26,981 bases of DNA from a virus. Lineage: Duplodnaviria; Heunggongvirae; Uroviricota; Caudoviricetes. The first letter of the stretch is position 1. Each line of letters starts with the position of its first letter. Shown here one piece after another: positions 8,517 through 17,375 of this stretch. The stretch spans positions 90,050 through 117,030 of IMG/VR virus record IMGVR_UViG_3300006139_000005; one strand, written 5' to 3'. The position numbers and the translations under genes are program-made. The notes beneath the pieces were generated by a model. That model saw nothing but the letters and a program-made list of their open reading frames with translations, was not told the origin of the DNA and did no database searches.

Positions 8517-8891
8517 ATGTTTCGAGTTATTATTGCTGGTGGCAGAGACTTTAACAACTATCCTGGTCTTGCCAAAGCTATGGATCAACTGCTTGCCAAT
8601 GTGACTGACGAAATTGTTGTAGTGTGCGGTATGGCTCAAGGTGCAGATCGGCTTGGAGAGCGTTATGGTAAGGAACGTGGATATTCCATCCGTTATTTTC
8701 CGGCGGACTGGGATAGCAAAGGCCGTGGTGCTGGCTTTATCCGAAATGAAGAGATGGCGAAGAACGCCGATGCTCTGGTAGCATTTTGGGACGGCCAAAG
8801 CCGAGGCACAAAGCACATGATTGAAACAGCGAAAAAGCACAAACTGGATATTCGTGTGAAACACTATAAAAGGAGGGAACAGCGTGCTTAA
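8517..8891 (+). CDS. SLOG family protein (DUF2493/YspA-like)
   Basis: 'IIAGGRDF', 'CGMAQGAD', 'FPADW', 'RNEEM', 'AFWDGQSRGT'. Confidence 0.88.
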   Translation: MFRVIIAGGRDFNNYPGLAKAMDQLLANVTDEIVVVCGMAQGADRLGERYGKERGYSIRYFPADWDSKGRGAGFIRNEEMAKNADALVAFWDGQSRGTKHMIETAKKHKLDIRVKHYKRREQRA

Positions 8892-9300
8892 AATCTATGA
8901 TGTGAAGTCCATGTTTCAGGTCAACAGGCAAAACTGGAAGCTATGCGGAAACAATGGATACACTTGCCGTGACGAATCGGAAGTGCAAGAAGAACTGGTT
9001 GCTTTAGACCGCTGCACCTTTGATGAAGCATATCAAATAATCCCCGAACTTCATCTTGACAGAATGTATGTCGGTGAAACCTTGTTCAATCATAGACAAT
9101 ATATCGAAGTACACGGATGGAGCACCGAAACACAGAGACGGTTTTACGCTAAAAGCGTTCATACAATTTCCTATAAATATGTGTTTCGTGAGCGAGAGTA
9201 TGTGACACTGGAATGGATTATGAAGCACCTCTCTTCAGAACAGGCTATCCACTATTTCAAAGAACGAGGGATGTCTGTGTGCCCTATAAATCTTCAATAA
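8884..9300 (+). CDS. Hypothetical protein
   Basis: GTG start with GGAGG, overlaps the upstream stop codon. Confidence 0.65.
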   Translation: MLKIYDVKSMFQVNRQNWKLCGNNGYTCRDESEVQEELVALDRCTFDEAYQIIPELHLDRMYVGETLFNHRQYIEVHGWSTETQRRFYAKSVHTISYKYVFREREYVTLEWIMKHLSSEQAIHYFKERGMSVCPINLQ

Positions 9301-9333
9301 TGACGAATAAAATCAATGACAGGAGCCGAGTAC

Positions 9334-9675
9334 ATGACGAAAACAGAAAAGTACATTGCACTGAGAAAAAGTGGCCTGAGTTATGAGGCAATCGCAAGAA
9401 AATGTGGTGTCAGCAAGCAAGCGGTACACAGCGCAATTAAAAAGCATGAAAACGCCACTATCAACATCAAGCCACAATCAGTCGTATTCCCAGGTTTGCG
9501 CAAGTGGATGTGTGACAATCACATCTTCATATCCAATCTGGAACGTATGACTGGCAAATGTCTTAGACAAGCGCTAAGTAGCGGGAAGATCAGTGGTAAA
9601 GGTATTGCTGCGATACTGGAAGTAACAGGGCTACCCTATGAGTTGGCTTTTGGGAATATGGAGAAAGAGGTGTAG
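9334..9675 (+). CDS. Helix-turn-helix DNA-binding protein
   Basis: 'SGLSYEAIARKCGVSKQAVH'; AGGAG at 9321-9325. Confidence 0.75.
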   Translation: MTKTEKYIALRKSGLSYEAIARKCGVSKQAVHSAIKKHENATINIKPQSVVFPGLRKWMCDNHIFISNLERMTGKCLRQALSSGKISGKGIAAILEVTGLPYELAFGNMEKEV

Positions 9676-9679
9676 CGAT

Positions 9680-10897
9680 TTGAACAATAATATTTTTATA
9701 CCTCAAAAAATTCGCATTGGATTTCAAGAACGTAACGATACCTATACAAAAAAACTGGCCTATGTAATCTATTATGATGAGAAAGGCACTTTGCGAAAGG
9801 CAGGATCGTGGGAGAGTTGGCGTGATAAGAAAATTGATCCTGTTGAATACGATAATATCCCGATGGAGGGATTTGTCCTCAACAAAAAGGTTGGCGGATA
9901 TGCAGGCTCATGGGGAAACTTCCGGCAGGCATATGTCCGAGTATATGACCCACGCGGCTTTGAGTTTGAAATCTCTGTTCCAAACTTGCTCTACATCTTG
10001 GAGCATACCAGCTCAATCAAAGGAAAAGGTCTTGAGGGAGAGTTTGTATACGGCTGGGATGGGACTGAGCTTGTTCTTATCCCTACCTGTTCTCCTGACT
10101 ATGCCAGTCTTACAGAACTGAATACTAAGCGATTTGAGAACAAGGCTATCAAAGCAAAAGACCTTGTAATAGGAGGCGAATATCTAACAAAGGACAACAA
10201 ACATCTCATCTATATGGGACGATTTGACGCATACGACAGTATGTATCACTTCGATGGGAAATGGTTCTTAACTGCTGGTCTTATGGAGAAGTACGCTCGT
10301 GAAAATCAAAAGCCATTATCTACTCGTGGTCGTTTGGATAGATGGGGATATCGTGATGAACGATTGTATACAGTCGAAACTGGATGTGTTGGTAAACGCC
10401 ATTTCTTTACAACACCAGATGGTTACTTTTACAACTTCAAATCCATCTCAGGACTTTTCATTGACACCATTTCAACAGAACCAGCTACTAACTATGCAGA
10501 ACTATTTGAAAGGATGGAGGGGCAAACCTCATACTCACCATACGATTCGTCTAAAGACAAGATTCGTCTATGTAGCGACGAAGAAAACATTCACCGAATT
10601 AAAAACGCAAACGGTTACTGGTGGAGCGTTGACTGTATGACTATGATTGATGGAGAAATGGTTCACTATAATATTTCACATCCTTACACAGATCGTAGCA
10701 ATCCAAAGTTTATTTGTTCATTCAAGTCTGATTGTAAAGGGATCAGTATACGGGACTATTTTGAATTTGAAGATGATGGCACACGAGACGGGAGAATGAT
10801 CCCTTTGGATGTGACAGAAATATTTGCAAAGCTACCGCCATACTGTATCGACCAGTATTTGCAAAACGGAAAATTTTATAGGAGGGTATACGCATGA
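9680..10897 (+). CDS. Hypothetical phage protein
   Basis: TTG start after AGAGGTG; 405-aa ORF, N-terminus 'IPQKIRIGFQERNDTYTKKLAYVIYYDEKG'. Confidence 0.8.
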   Translation: MNNNIFIPQKIRIGFQERNDTYTKKLAYVIYYDEKGTLRKAGSWESWRDKKIDPVEYDNIPMEGFVLNKKVGGYAGSWGNFRQAYVRVYDPRGFEFEISVPNLLYILEHTSSIKGKGLEGEFVYGWDGTELVLIPTCSPDYASLTELNTKRFENKAIKAKDLVIGGEYLTKDNKHLIYMGRFDAYDSMYHFDGKWFLTAGLMEKYARENQKPLSTRGRLDRWGYRDERLYTVETGCVGKRHFFTTPDGYFYNFKSISGLFIDTISTEPATNYAELFERMEGQTSYSPYDSSKDKIRLCSDEENIHRIKNANGYWWSVDCMTMIDGEMVHYNISHPYTDRSNPKFICSFKSDCKGISIRDYFEFEDDGTRDGRMIPLDVTEIFAKLPPYCIDQYLQNGKFYRRVYA

Positions 10898-11304
10898 ACA
10901 AAAACGATGACCAGATCTTAATGCTGAAACAGCGCATTGAGGCAAAGAAGAAGGAAATCGGCCAACCACGCCGATTCTCTCCTTTGACCAGCTGTTCCAT
11001 CGAGATGGACGGCACACGGCACAATCTTCACTCAGCTGACCGCACATCGCTGATTCTTCTGCTTTGTAAACTCCACAACCTGGATACTGCCGCCGAAGAG
11101 CTTGGTTACTCCGAGCAGTGCATGATCTGTGGTTTCCCAACCAGTAGCTGGATTTCTGATATTCAGGATCGGCTGGCAATACTTGACCAGAAGAGCGAAC
11201 TGGAAAAGCTAAAATCTATGGAAGTCCAGCTGGATAAGCTGTTGTCTGACGATAAGAAAACAGAATTGGAAATCAGCAGCATCGCCACAGCGCTCGGGCT
11301 ATAA
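10894..11304 (+). CDS. Hypothetical coiled-coil protein
   Basis: ATGA overlap with the upstream gene; AGGAGG ribosome-binding site. Confidence 0.75.
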   Translation: MNKNDDQILMLKQRIEAKKKEIGQPRRFSPLTSCSIEMDGTRHNLHSADRTSLILLLCKLHNLDTAAEELGYSEQCMICGFPTSSWISDIQDRLAILDQKSELEKLKSMEVQLDKLLSDDKKTELEISSIATALGL

Positions 11305-11327
11305 CAACTATTCAGAGGTGAAACAAA

Positions 11328-11758
11328 ATGAATACAGAGGTTATGTTTTCGTCCAAGGCTATGGACTGGGCAACACCACAAGCATTCTTTGACCAGCTGG
11401 ATTCGGAGTTTCACTTCACCCTTGACCCCTGTGCGAACGAGTCCAATCATAAATGCGCTCGCTATTTCACAGAAGCGGACGATGGACTGAAGCAGTCGTG
11501 GGGGGGGGGCAGACGGTCTTTTGCAATCCGCCATACGGAAAGGCTATCAAAGACTGGGTGAAGAAATGCTCCGAAGAAGCCAAGCAGCCTAATACCACTG
11601 TGGTGCTGCTGATACCGGCCAGGACAGATACGGCATACTTTCACGACTACATTTATCAAAAAGAAAATGTAGAGATGCGCTTTATCCGTGGCCGTCTGAA
11701 ATTTGGAGATGGTAAAAACTCCGCCCCATTTCCCAGTATGGTAGTTATCTTTCATTAA
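11328..11758 (+). pseudogene. Phage Dam-type N6-adenine methyltransferase split by a G10 frameshift
   Basis: 11328 frame: 'DWATPQ..F..LD.EF.FTLDPCA...DGLKQSWGG'. 11453 frame: 'QTVFCNPPYG...LIPARTDT..FH...RFIRGRLKF...APFPS'. G run at 11500-11509. Confidence 0.88.
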
Positions 11759-11787
11759 ACAACGAATAAAATCAAGGAGAAATCAGT

Positions 11788-12057
11788 ATGAAGAAAAGTC
11801 ACATCCTCTTTTTCAAGGACAGCCATGGAAACAAACGGAAGATTGCGTTCATTGATGACTACAACGACACAGGCCAGCTAAGGTCTGATCAGGACATAAT
11901 GGATGAAGCGAACCTATTGATCCGTGCATTTTGCGCCGAACGAAACTTTACCATTTACTATACGCGCATTTGGAACAGTGATGGAAAAACAATCTTCGAT
12001 GTCGGAAGCCATACGGAGTTCTTTCATCTTATGCCGGAGGTGAGCATCAATGGCTAA
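11788..12057 (+). CDS. Hypothetical protein
   Basis: AGGAG ribosome-binding site, in-line ORF. Confidence 0.7.
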   Translation: MKKSHILFFKDSHGNKRKIAFIDDYNDTGQLRSDQDIMDEANLLIRAFCAERNFTIYYTRIWNSDGKTIFDVGSHTEFFHLMPEVSING

Positions 12058-12625
12058 GGTAACAAATAGAACGACTAATATCGTATCTCTCCACTTCCAG
12101 CAAGAAAGAGGAGATCCAGACTACGGCTCTTGCCTCTGGGCAGTCTTCAATTTCGATCTTGACCGCTATGAGCTGTCCATAACGTCTGATTGCGGAAGCT
12201 ATGCTTATGGGTGGGTTCCAACTCCAAACAGTGAGAGTTTTATGCACCTTATGGCACGAGTTGATGATGGCTACTTATTAGACAAACTCTCAAAACGGAA
12301 TTTCATCAATGAGGCTGACACTTTCAAGGAAGTTAAGCAGCTTATTGATGATTACGGGATAAACCCGTCAGAACCAAATGAATATGGCGATTCAACCATT
12401 GATTTAGATGAAGTCAGAGAGTGCTGCGAAGAAGCCACAGACCAAGGGATTATTTTGGCTTTACAAGATTTGTTTAGAGACACACCAATGGCAGATTGTG
12501 ATGAGAGTGACTTATGGGGTTGCATTTGTATGGATTTCTCTGCCAGTGCAAAGAAAATAACTCAGGTCTTCATCGACTATATTAAGCCAATCTGCAAGGA
12601 AATCTCTGATAAGGAGGAGAAATAA
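12050..12625 (+). CDS. Hypothetical protein
   Basis: GGAGGTG ribosome-binding site, overlaps the upstream gene. Confidence 0.75.
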   Translation: MAKVTNRTTNIVSLHFQQERGDPDYGSCLWAVFNFDLDRYELSITSDCGSYAYGWVPTPNSESFMHLMARVDDGYLLDKLSKRNFINEADTFKEVKQLIDDYGINPSEPNEYGDSTIDLDEVRECCEEATDQGIILALQDLFRDTPMADCDESDLWGCICMDFSASAKKITQVFIDYIKPICKEISDKEEK

Positions 12626-13471
12626 ATGCCTCTTATTTTGAATGGCAACCACGTCGCATTATCTATCAAGAAAAAGATCAAGGAAACGATTGTAGAATCT
12701 GGTATACAGCCACGTTTGTCCGTTATTTTAATTGGGCACAACCAATCATCCAGAGTCTATGTTAGGAACAAAGCGAAAGATTGTGAGGAATGCGGAATTG
12801 ATAGTGTTACTTACGCACTCCCAGAAAACACAAGTGAAGAAAAGTTGATTAAGCTGATTCGCTCACTTTCTGATGACAGCAATGTGCATGGAATTTTAGT
12901 TCAACTTCCACTTCCAAAACATATCAATAAAGACCATATCATCTCTGAAATCAATCCTAAAAAAGATGTGGACGGATTTACAAAGGCAAATACTATGGCA
13001 ATGCTGGATGGAAAATTCCGATTTGTACCTTGTACTCCTGGAGGCATTATTGAGCTGATGAGGTTTTACAAAATACCAATCGTTGGACGGCATTGCGTTA
13101 TAGTTGGCCGCTCCGATATTGTTGGCAAACCAATGGCTACCATAGCACTTTGGAATAACGCCACAACAACTATCTGCCATTCGCACACCAGAAACCTTGG
13201 CGACATTTGTAAAAGCGCTGACATCCTAATAGCCGCCACTGGCAGAAGAAACCTTATCAAACCAGAGTTTATTAAGCCGGACACCACTATTATTGATGTT
13301 GGGATGAACCGTGATGACAACGGGAAATTGTGTGGTGACTGCGATCCTAATGCCTATGAAAAGAGTGCAGCATACACGCCAGTACCTGGTGGTGTCGGGC
13401 CGATGACTCGTGCAATGCTTCTACTGAATACAGCGGCGGCGGCTGGTCTAAATGTAAAATTGGGCTGGTGA
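12626..13471 (+). CDS. folD: Bifunctional methylenetetrahydrofolate dehydrogenase/cyclohydrolase
   Basis: 'VHGILVQLPLP', 'KDVDGF', 'PCTPGG', 'VIVGRSDIVGKP', 'TPVPGGVGPMT'. Confidence 0.96.
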   Translation: MPLILNGNHVALSIKKKIKETIVESGIQPRLSVILIGHNQSSRVYVRNKAKDCEECGIDSVTYALPENTSEEKLIKLIRSLSDDSNVHGILVQLPLPKHINKDHIISEINPKKDVDGFTKANTMAMLDGKFRFVPCTPGGIIELMRFYKIPIVGRHCVIVGRSDIVGKPMATIALWNNATTTICHSHTRNLGDICKSADILIAATGRRNLIKPEFIKPDTTIIDVGMNRDDNGKLCGDCDPNAYEKSAAYTPVPGGVGPMTRAMLLLNTAAAAGLNVKLGW

Positions 13472-13474
13472 TAT

Positions 13475-13720
13475 TTGATGGGTGAATGGATTTCAGTAAA
13501 AGACAGACTACCCATCGACAATCAGATGGTTTTGGGTTATACTCCTTGTGACGGAATCATTTTCATAGGTTTTTACAGAAAAGATCCAATGAATGACCGC
13601 TATCCAAGAGCAAAGCGCAGAGAGTGGTATATCGTAACGTCAATGCGGTCAACCCAGAAAGTGACCAAGAGAGTTACACATTGGATGCCGCTTCCTGAGC
13701 GACCAGAAGATACAGAATAG
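13475..13720 (+). CDS. DUF551-like phage protein
   Basis: 'EWISVKDRLP ... VTHWMPLPERP'. Confidence 0.85.
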   Translation: MMGEWISVKDRLPIDNQMVLGYTPCDGIIFIGFYRKDPMNDRYPRAKRREWYIVTSMRSTQKVTKRVTHWMPLPERPEDTE

Positions 13721-13731
13721 AGGGATCAGAG

Positions 13732-14250
13732 ATGATAGAGCTGCTTGAAACTTATGGCATTCTGCATATAGGTATATCTTTGTTCTACTTTGACCTGGAT
13801 GATCTTCCTATCATTGAAAGCCGCCGCTGGTATGTAGACAAAGACGGGTATCTTACAAGCAGCTACTATTATCTCGGTCAACTGCGGATCGTTAGGTTTC
13901 ATAGGATCGTTGCCCATGCAAAACCAGGCCAATGGGTAGACCACAGAGACAAAAACCGTGCAAACAATAGAAAGCAAAATCTGAGGTGTTGTTCCTACTC
14001 TGAGAATAACCGAAACCGTGGCCTATACTCAACCAACACTTCTGGCGTGGCCGGCATTTCATTTGACAAGAAACGTAATCGGTGGGCGGCAAGTATTACC
14101 TACAACAGCAAACGGATATTTATAGGCCGCTTTCGTGACAAAGAGGACGCAATTATAGCCCGCCTCGAAACAGAGGTTGAGTTGTTTGGTGAGTTTGCTC
14201 CGCAATGGGAACTATATCTCGAATTAGTGCAGCAAAATGGAGGTGTGTAG
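13732..14250 (+). CDS. HNH endonuclease with AP2 domain (free-standing homing endonuclease type)
   Basis: 'VDHRDKNRANNRKQNLR...SENNRN' followed by 'NTSGVAGISF...WAASI...IGRF..KEDA'. Confidence 0.9.
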   Translation: MIELLETYGILHIGISLFYFDLDDLPIIESRRWYVDKDGYLTSSYYYLGQLRIVRFHRIVAHAKPGQWVDHRDKNRANNRKQNLRCCSYSENNRNRGLYSTNTSGVAGISFDKKRNRWAASITYNSKRIFIGRFRDKEDAIIARLETEVELFGEFAPQWELYLELVQQNGGV

Positions 14251-14251
14251 A

Positions 14252-14647
14252 ATGCCTATCGTTGGTAATGGGAAAAATACACATATTGAATACCAGATAC
14301 CAGAGAAAATTAAAAACAATATCCCCCAGCATTTTTATATTGCATTTGCTGGGGAGCTATGCAGTGTTTTCGGGCATATGATTTTTCAGAAAGACGAATC
14401 TGATGTTTACAGCCTGTTCTATGTTAGTAGCACAGCTGGCTGGAATGAAGCTCTGAAAATGACCTGCCAAAAGCTGAATATGTGCTGGCTTCTGGACTAC
14501 TACAATTCGCTTGAATGGTATGAATCAGATTTGTTTGATGGTGAAATGGAAGGCAAGATCGTTTCTGAGTTCATTGAAGCGGATCAAGCACAAGCAAATG
14601 CCAATGCGTACTATAAATTTTTGTTCCAAAGGAAGGATGAAAACTAA
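14252..14647 (+). CDS. Hypothetical protein
   Basis: GGAGGTG ribosome-binding site at 14239-14245. Confidence 0.7.
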   Translation: MPIVGNGKNTHIEYQIPEKIKNNIPQHFYIAFAGELCSVFGHMIFQKDESDVYSLFYVSSTAGWNEALKMTCQKLNMCWLLDYYNSLEWYESDLFDGEMEGKIVSEFIEADQAQANANAYYKFLFQRKDEN

Positions 14648-14669
14648 ATGAAATGATGTTTTCATTTAG
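14644..14669. promoter_or_regulatory. Operator-like palindrome
   Basis: CTAAATGAAA-tgatgt-TTTCATTTAG, perfect 10-bp arms. Confidence 0.45.
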
Positions 14670-14690
14670 CCTAATCGAAGGAGGATAGTC

Positions 14691-14924
14691 ATGGCTGATA
14701 CAGAACGGGTAAGAAATATCCCAGATAAAGAGCGGTTGAGAATTGTGCGTGATGTGTCTCAGCTACAAACTGAAATCATACTACGTTTCAATACCTTTAT
14801 GTGTGAAGATGTCACGAGGTACGATCTAACTAAAGCTGACATTGAACGCTTTAAGGCAAGTATCAATTATGTGATGGATGAGAAATTCGGATTCGTCATA
14901 AGAGCGATAGCAGAGGCAACATAG
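14691..14924 (+). CDS. Hypothetical protein
   Basis: AGGAGG ribosome-binding site. Confidence 0.7.
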   Translation: MADTERVRNIPDKERLRIVRDVSQLQTEIILRFNTFMCEDVTRYDLTKADIERFKASINYVMDEKFGFVIRAIAEAT

Positions 14925-14984
14925 AAGAAATAAACTTTTTACAAAGTGGCGAATAAAATCATTGTCAAGAGGGGAGTATAGACG

Positions 14985-15185
14985 ATGGCTGTTGAAATCC
15001 CATTCTGGGAGCGATATACCCTTTCCATAGAAGAAGCCGCAGCATATTTCAGAGTGGGAGAAAACAAGTTGCGGAAACTAATCAGCGAACATCCCGACGC
15101 TGACTTCATCCTCTGGAACAATACCAGAGCACAAATAAAACGCAAGAAATTTGAAAACTACATTGATCGAATCAGTTTGATATGA
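14985..15185 (+). CDS. xis: Excisionase (Tn916-type/HTH Xis)
   Basis: 'IPFWERYTLSIEEAAAYFRVGENKLR...IKRKKFE'; directly upstream of the integrase. Confidence 0.85.
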   Translation: MAVEIPFWERYTLSIEEAAAYFRVGENKLRKLISEHPDADFILWNNTRAQIKRKKFENYIDRISLI

Positions 15186-15191
15186 TTTTGC

Positions 15192-15220
15192 TTGAGGTCA
15201 AATGCTCGGTGTGGTATAAT
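15192..15220 (+). promoter_or_regulatory. Candidate integrase promoter downstream of xis
   Basis: TTGAGG 15192-15197, 17 nt, TGgTATAAT extended -10 (TATAAT 15215-15220). Confidence 0.6.
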
Positions 15221-15266
15221 CCAAATACCACATCGAGTTTCTTCTTCAGGCAGAAAGGAGTTCACA

Positions 15267-16538
15267 ATGGCCTCGAAAAGAAGAGACTCGAAAGGCCGAC
15301 TTCTCAAAGTTGGCGAATCCCAACGAGCGGACGGGATGTATATGTACCGCTACAACGATGCTGGAGGGGTGAGACGGACTATTTACAGCTGGCGGTTAGT
15401 AGAAACCGACAAACTGCCAACAGGCAAAAAAGCTGGTGCGCCTTTACGTGATCTGGAAAAACAACTGACCCGTGATACAGATGATGGCATTGAAAGTTTC
15501 GTAGCCAGTAAGAAAACCTTGGATGACTTTTTCTACAAGTATATGGCTATGAAGAAAGAGTTGAAACCCACCACACGCTCTGGCTATTTCCAAGTCTACA
15601 AACACTACATCAAAGATGAACTTGGTATGCGTAGCATCAGTTCTATCAAGTATAGTGATATCAAGAAGTTTTACTTAGCGCTGTTCTATGAAAAGGGAAT
15701 GAAGCCAAACACAATCCACGCCGTCAATACCGTACTCCATCCTATTTTTACACTTGCAGTACGTGATGGTTATATTAGGGCGAATCCCGCATACCAAGTA
15801 TATGCCGAACTGAAAAAGCAAAACGCTTGGAGCCAGGATAAGCGCCATGCGCTGACCGAAGATGAACAGGAAGCGTTTGTAGATTTCATCCGAAATTCTC
15901 AGAAATACTCTGGTTTTCTCAACCTGTTTACTGTGTTTCTTGGGACTGGTTGCCGTGTAGGTGAAGTCATCGGACTTCGCTGGGACGACTGTGATTTCAC
16001 TGATAATCTCATTTCTATCAACCACAGCTTGGCCTTTTGTAAGCCTGAAAATGAGAAGAAAATGAGATTCCTTGTGTCCTCTCCGAAGACCGAAGCTGGT
16101 GAGCGGATAATCCCTATGCTGAAAGAAGTTAAGTCTGCTCTAATCTCTGAACGGCTTAGGCAGATGGCGGAGGGTTTCAACAAAAACGAAGTAGACGGAT
16201 ACTCTGGGTTCATTTTCCAGACGAAGCGTGGCAATCTGTATACCAGCGTAAGCATTAACCGTATCATCAACAACATCATCCGTGACTACAATGCCTCAGA
16301 GGAGCAGGCCGCTAAAAAGCAGAAGCGGAAGCCGCTCTTGCTCCCGCACTTCTCCGTTCATAATTTAAGGCACACGTTCTGCACTCGTTTCTGTGAGAAC
16401 GAAACCAATTTGAAGGTCATTCAAGAGATCATGGGACACGCCAATATCTCGACCACCATGGATATCTACAATGAAGCAACGATGGAGAAGAAAAAGGCCA
16501 GCTTTGCGAACCTTGAGGGCAAGATTAAGATTGGCTGA
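15267..16538 (+). CDS. int: Tyrosine integrase with a Tn916-type N-terminal arm-binding domain
   Basis: 'RRDSKGRLLKVGESQR.DG.Y.YRY', 'GTGCRVGE', 'PKT', 'HNLRHTFCT', 'IMGH', 'TTMDIY'; AAGGAG before ATG 15267. Confidence 0.95.
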   Translation: MASKRRDSKGRLLKVGESQRADGMYMYRYNDAGGVRRTIYSWRLVETDKLPTGKKAGAPLRDLEKQLTRDTDDGIESFVASKKTLDDFFYKYMAMKKELKPTTRSGYFQVYKHYIKDELGMRSISSIKYSDIKKFYLALFYEKGMKPNTIHAVNTVLHPIFTLAVRDGYIRANPAYQVYAELKKQNAWSQDKRHALTEDEQEAFVDFIRNSQKYSGFLNLFTVFLGTGCRVGEVIGLRWDDCDFTDNLISINHSLAFCKPENEKKMRFLVSSPKTEAGERIIPMLKEVKSALISERLRQMAEGFNKNEVDGYSGFIFQTKRGNLYTSVSINRIINNIIRDYNASEEQAAKKQKRKPLLLPHFSVHNLRHTFCTRFCENETNLKVIQEIMGHANISTTMDIYNEATMEKKKASFANLEGKIKIG

Positions 16539-16553
16539 TTACATCCGCTTGCA

Positions 16554-16830
16554 TACACCAAATTCTACACCACTTCACGAAAATTTTCTAAGAAGCTATA
16601 AGAAATTGTGTGAAAAAATTCTGGATTGTATCGCAAGCGGAGCAGTTTTGAGAACTTATAAGAAACCATGAGCAACAATATTTATATCTTAAAGATATAA
16701 GTATTTCAAAACCGACTTTAACCAGAATGTGCGTAATTCTGTGTTAAACACAAAAAAATTCACCATATCTTGTGTAAATTGTTTTGGCATATCGGGAGTG
16801 CCATTTCAGCTTTACACCAAGTTTACACCA
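16554..16830. other. Candidate attP region
   Basis: Tandem TACACCA pairs at 16554/16566 and 16813/16824; CAGAAT-7nt-ATTCTG at 16723-16741; palindrome at 16682-16700; lies directly after int. Confidence 0.6.
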
Positions 16831-16873
16831 TTTGAAGAAAAGCTCGATGTGGTTTTCAAATTCCTTGCGAAGC

Positions 16874-16917
16874 AAAAAAAGAGGGCGTAAGTATCGTAAT
16901 TTGATACATACGCCCTC
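16874..16917 (-). terminator. Terminator of the late/lysis operon
   Basis: GAGGGCGTA..GTATC/GATAC..TACGCCCTC hairpin with T7 on the minus strand. Confidence 0.8.
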
Positions 16918-16925
16918 AATTTGCT

Positions 16926-17375
16926 TTAGACTTTAAGGAAACCATTTGTCCTCTCGTTCTCTTCATACACGCGCTTAATATTTGCGATAGCCATTACAGC
17001 TCGATTGTTCTTGTATCCTGGGTGCTCTTCACAATACCGCTCGTACTCGTCAATCTCTGTAAGCATATCTACAAAATGTTCATGTGTATAATTTTTCCCA
17101 CGCATCAGCTCAACATTGAAGTTAAGGATATCTCGACGACGAGAGTTTGCATCACGCTCGTCGTCTACACGGATATGCTCTTCCAGTTGCACCCTTGTTT
17201 CGGCCTGACCGTCTTCCAATTCGTCCAGTTTCTTCAACACATCACCGTTCAACGCCCGACCAATCCACCGAGCAATAGCACCCCACGGATCAATCTTGAT
17301 TGGTGCAATTTGAAGAATGGTTAAAATAATTACAAGCGCACCGCCACCATTCAGAAAAATTTCTTTGAGAGTCAT
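16926..17375 (-). CDS. Membrane protein of the lysis cassette (holin-like)
   Basis: N-terminal TM segment 'GGGALVIILTILQIAPIKIDPW'; last gene of the cassette. Confidence 0.65.
   Translation of the reverse strand: MTLKEIFLNGGGALVIILTILQIAPIKIDPWGAIARWIGRALNGDVLKKLDELEDGQAETRVQLEEHIRVDDERDANSRRRDILNFNVELMRGKNYTHEHFVDMLTEIDEYERYCEEHPGYKNNRAVMAIANIKRVYEENERTNGFLKV

Noticed and set aside
15192-15266. Longer integrase start given in the ORF track
   Set aside because: Overlaps the promoter; AAGGAG supports ATG 15267
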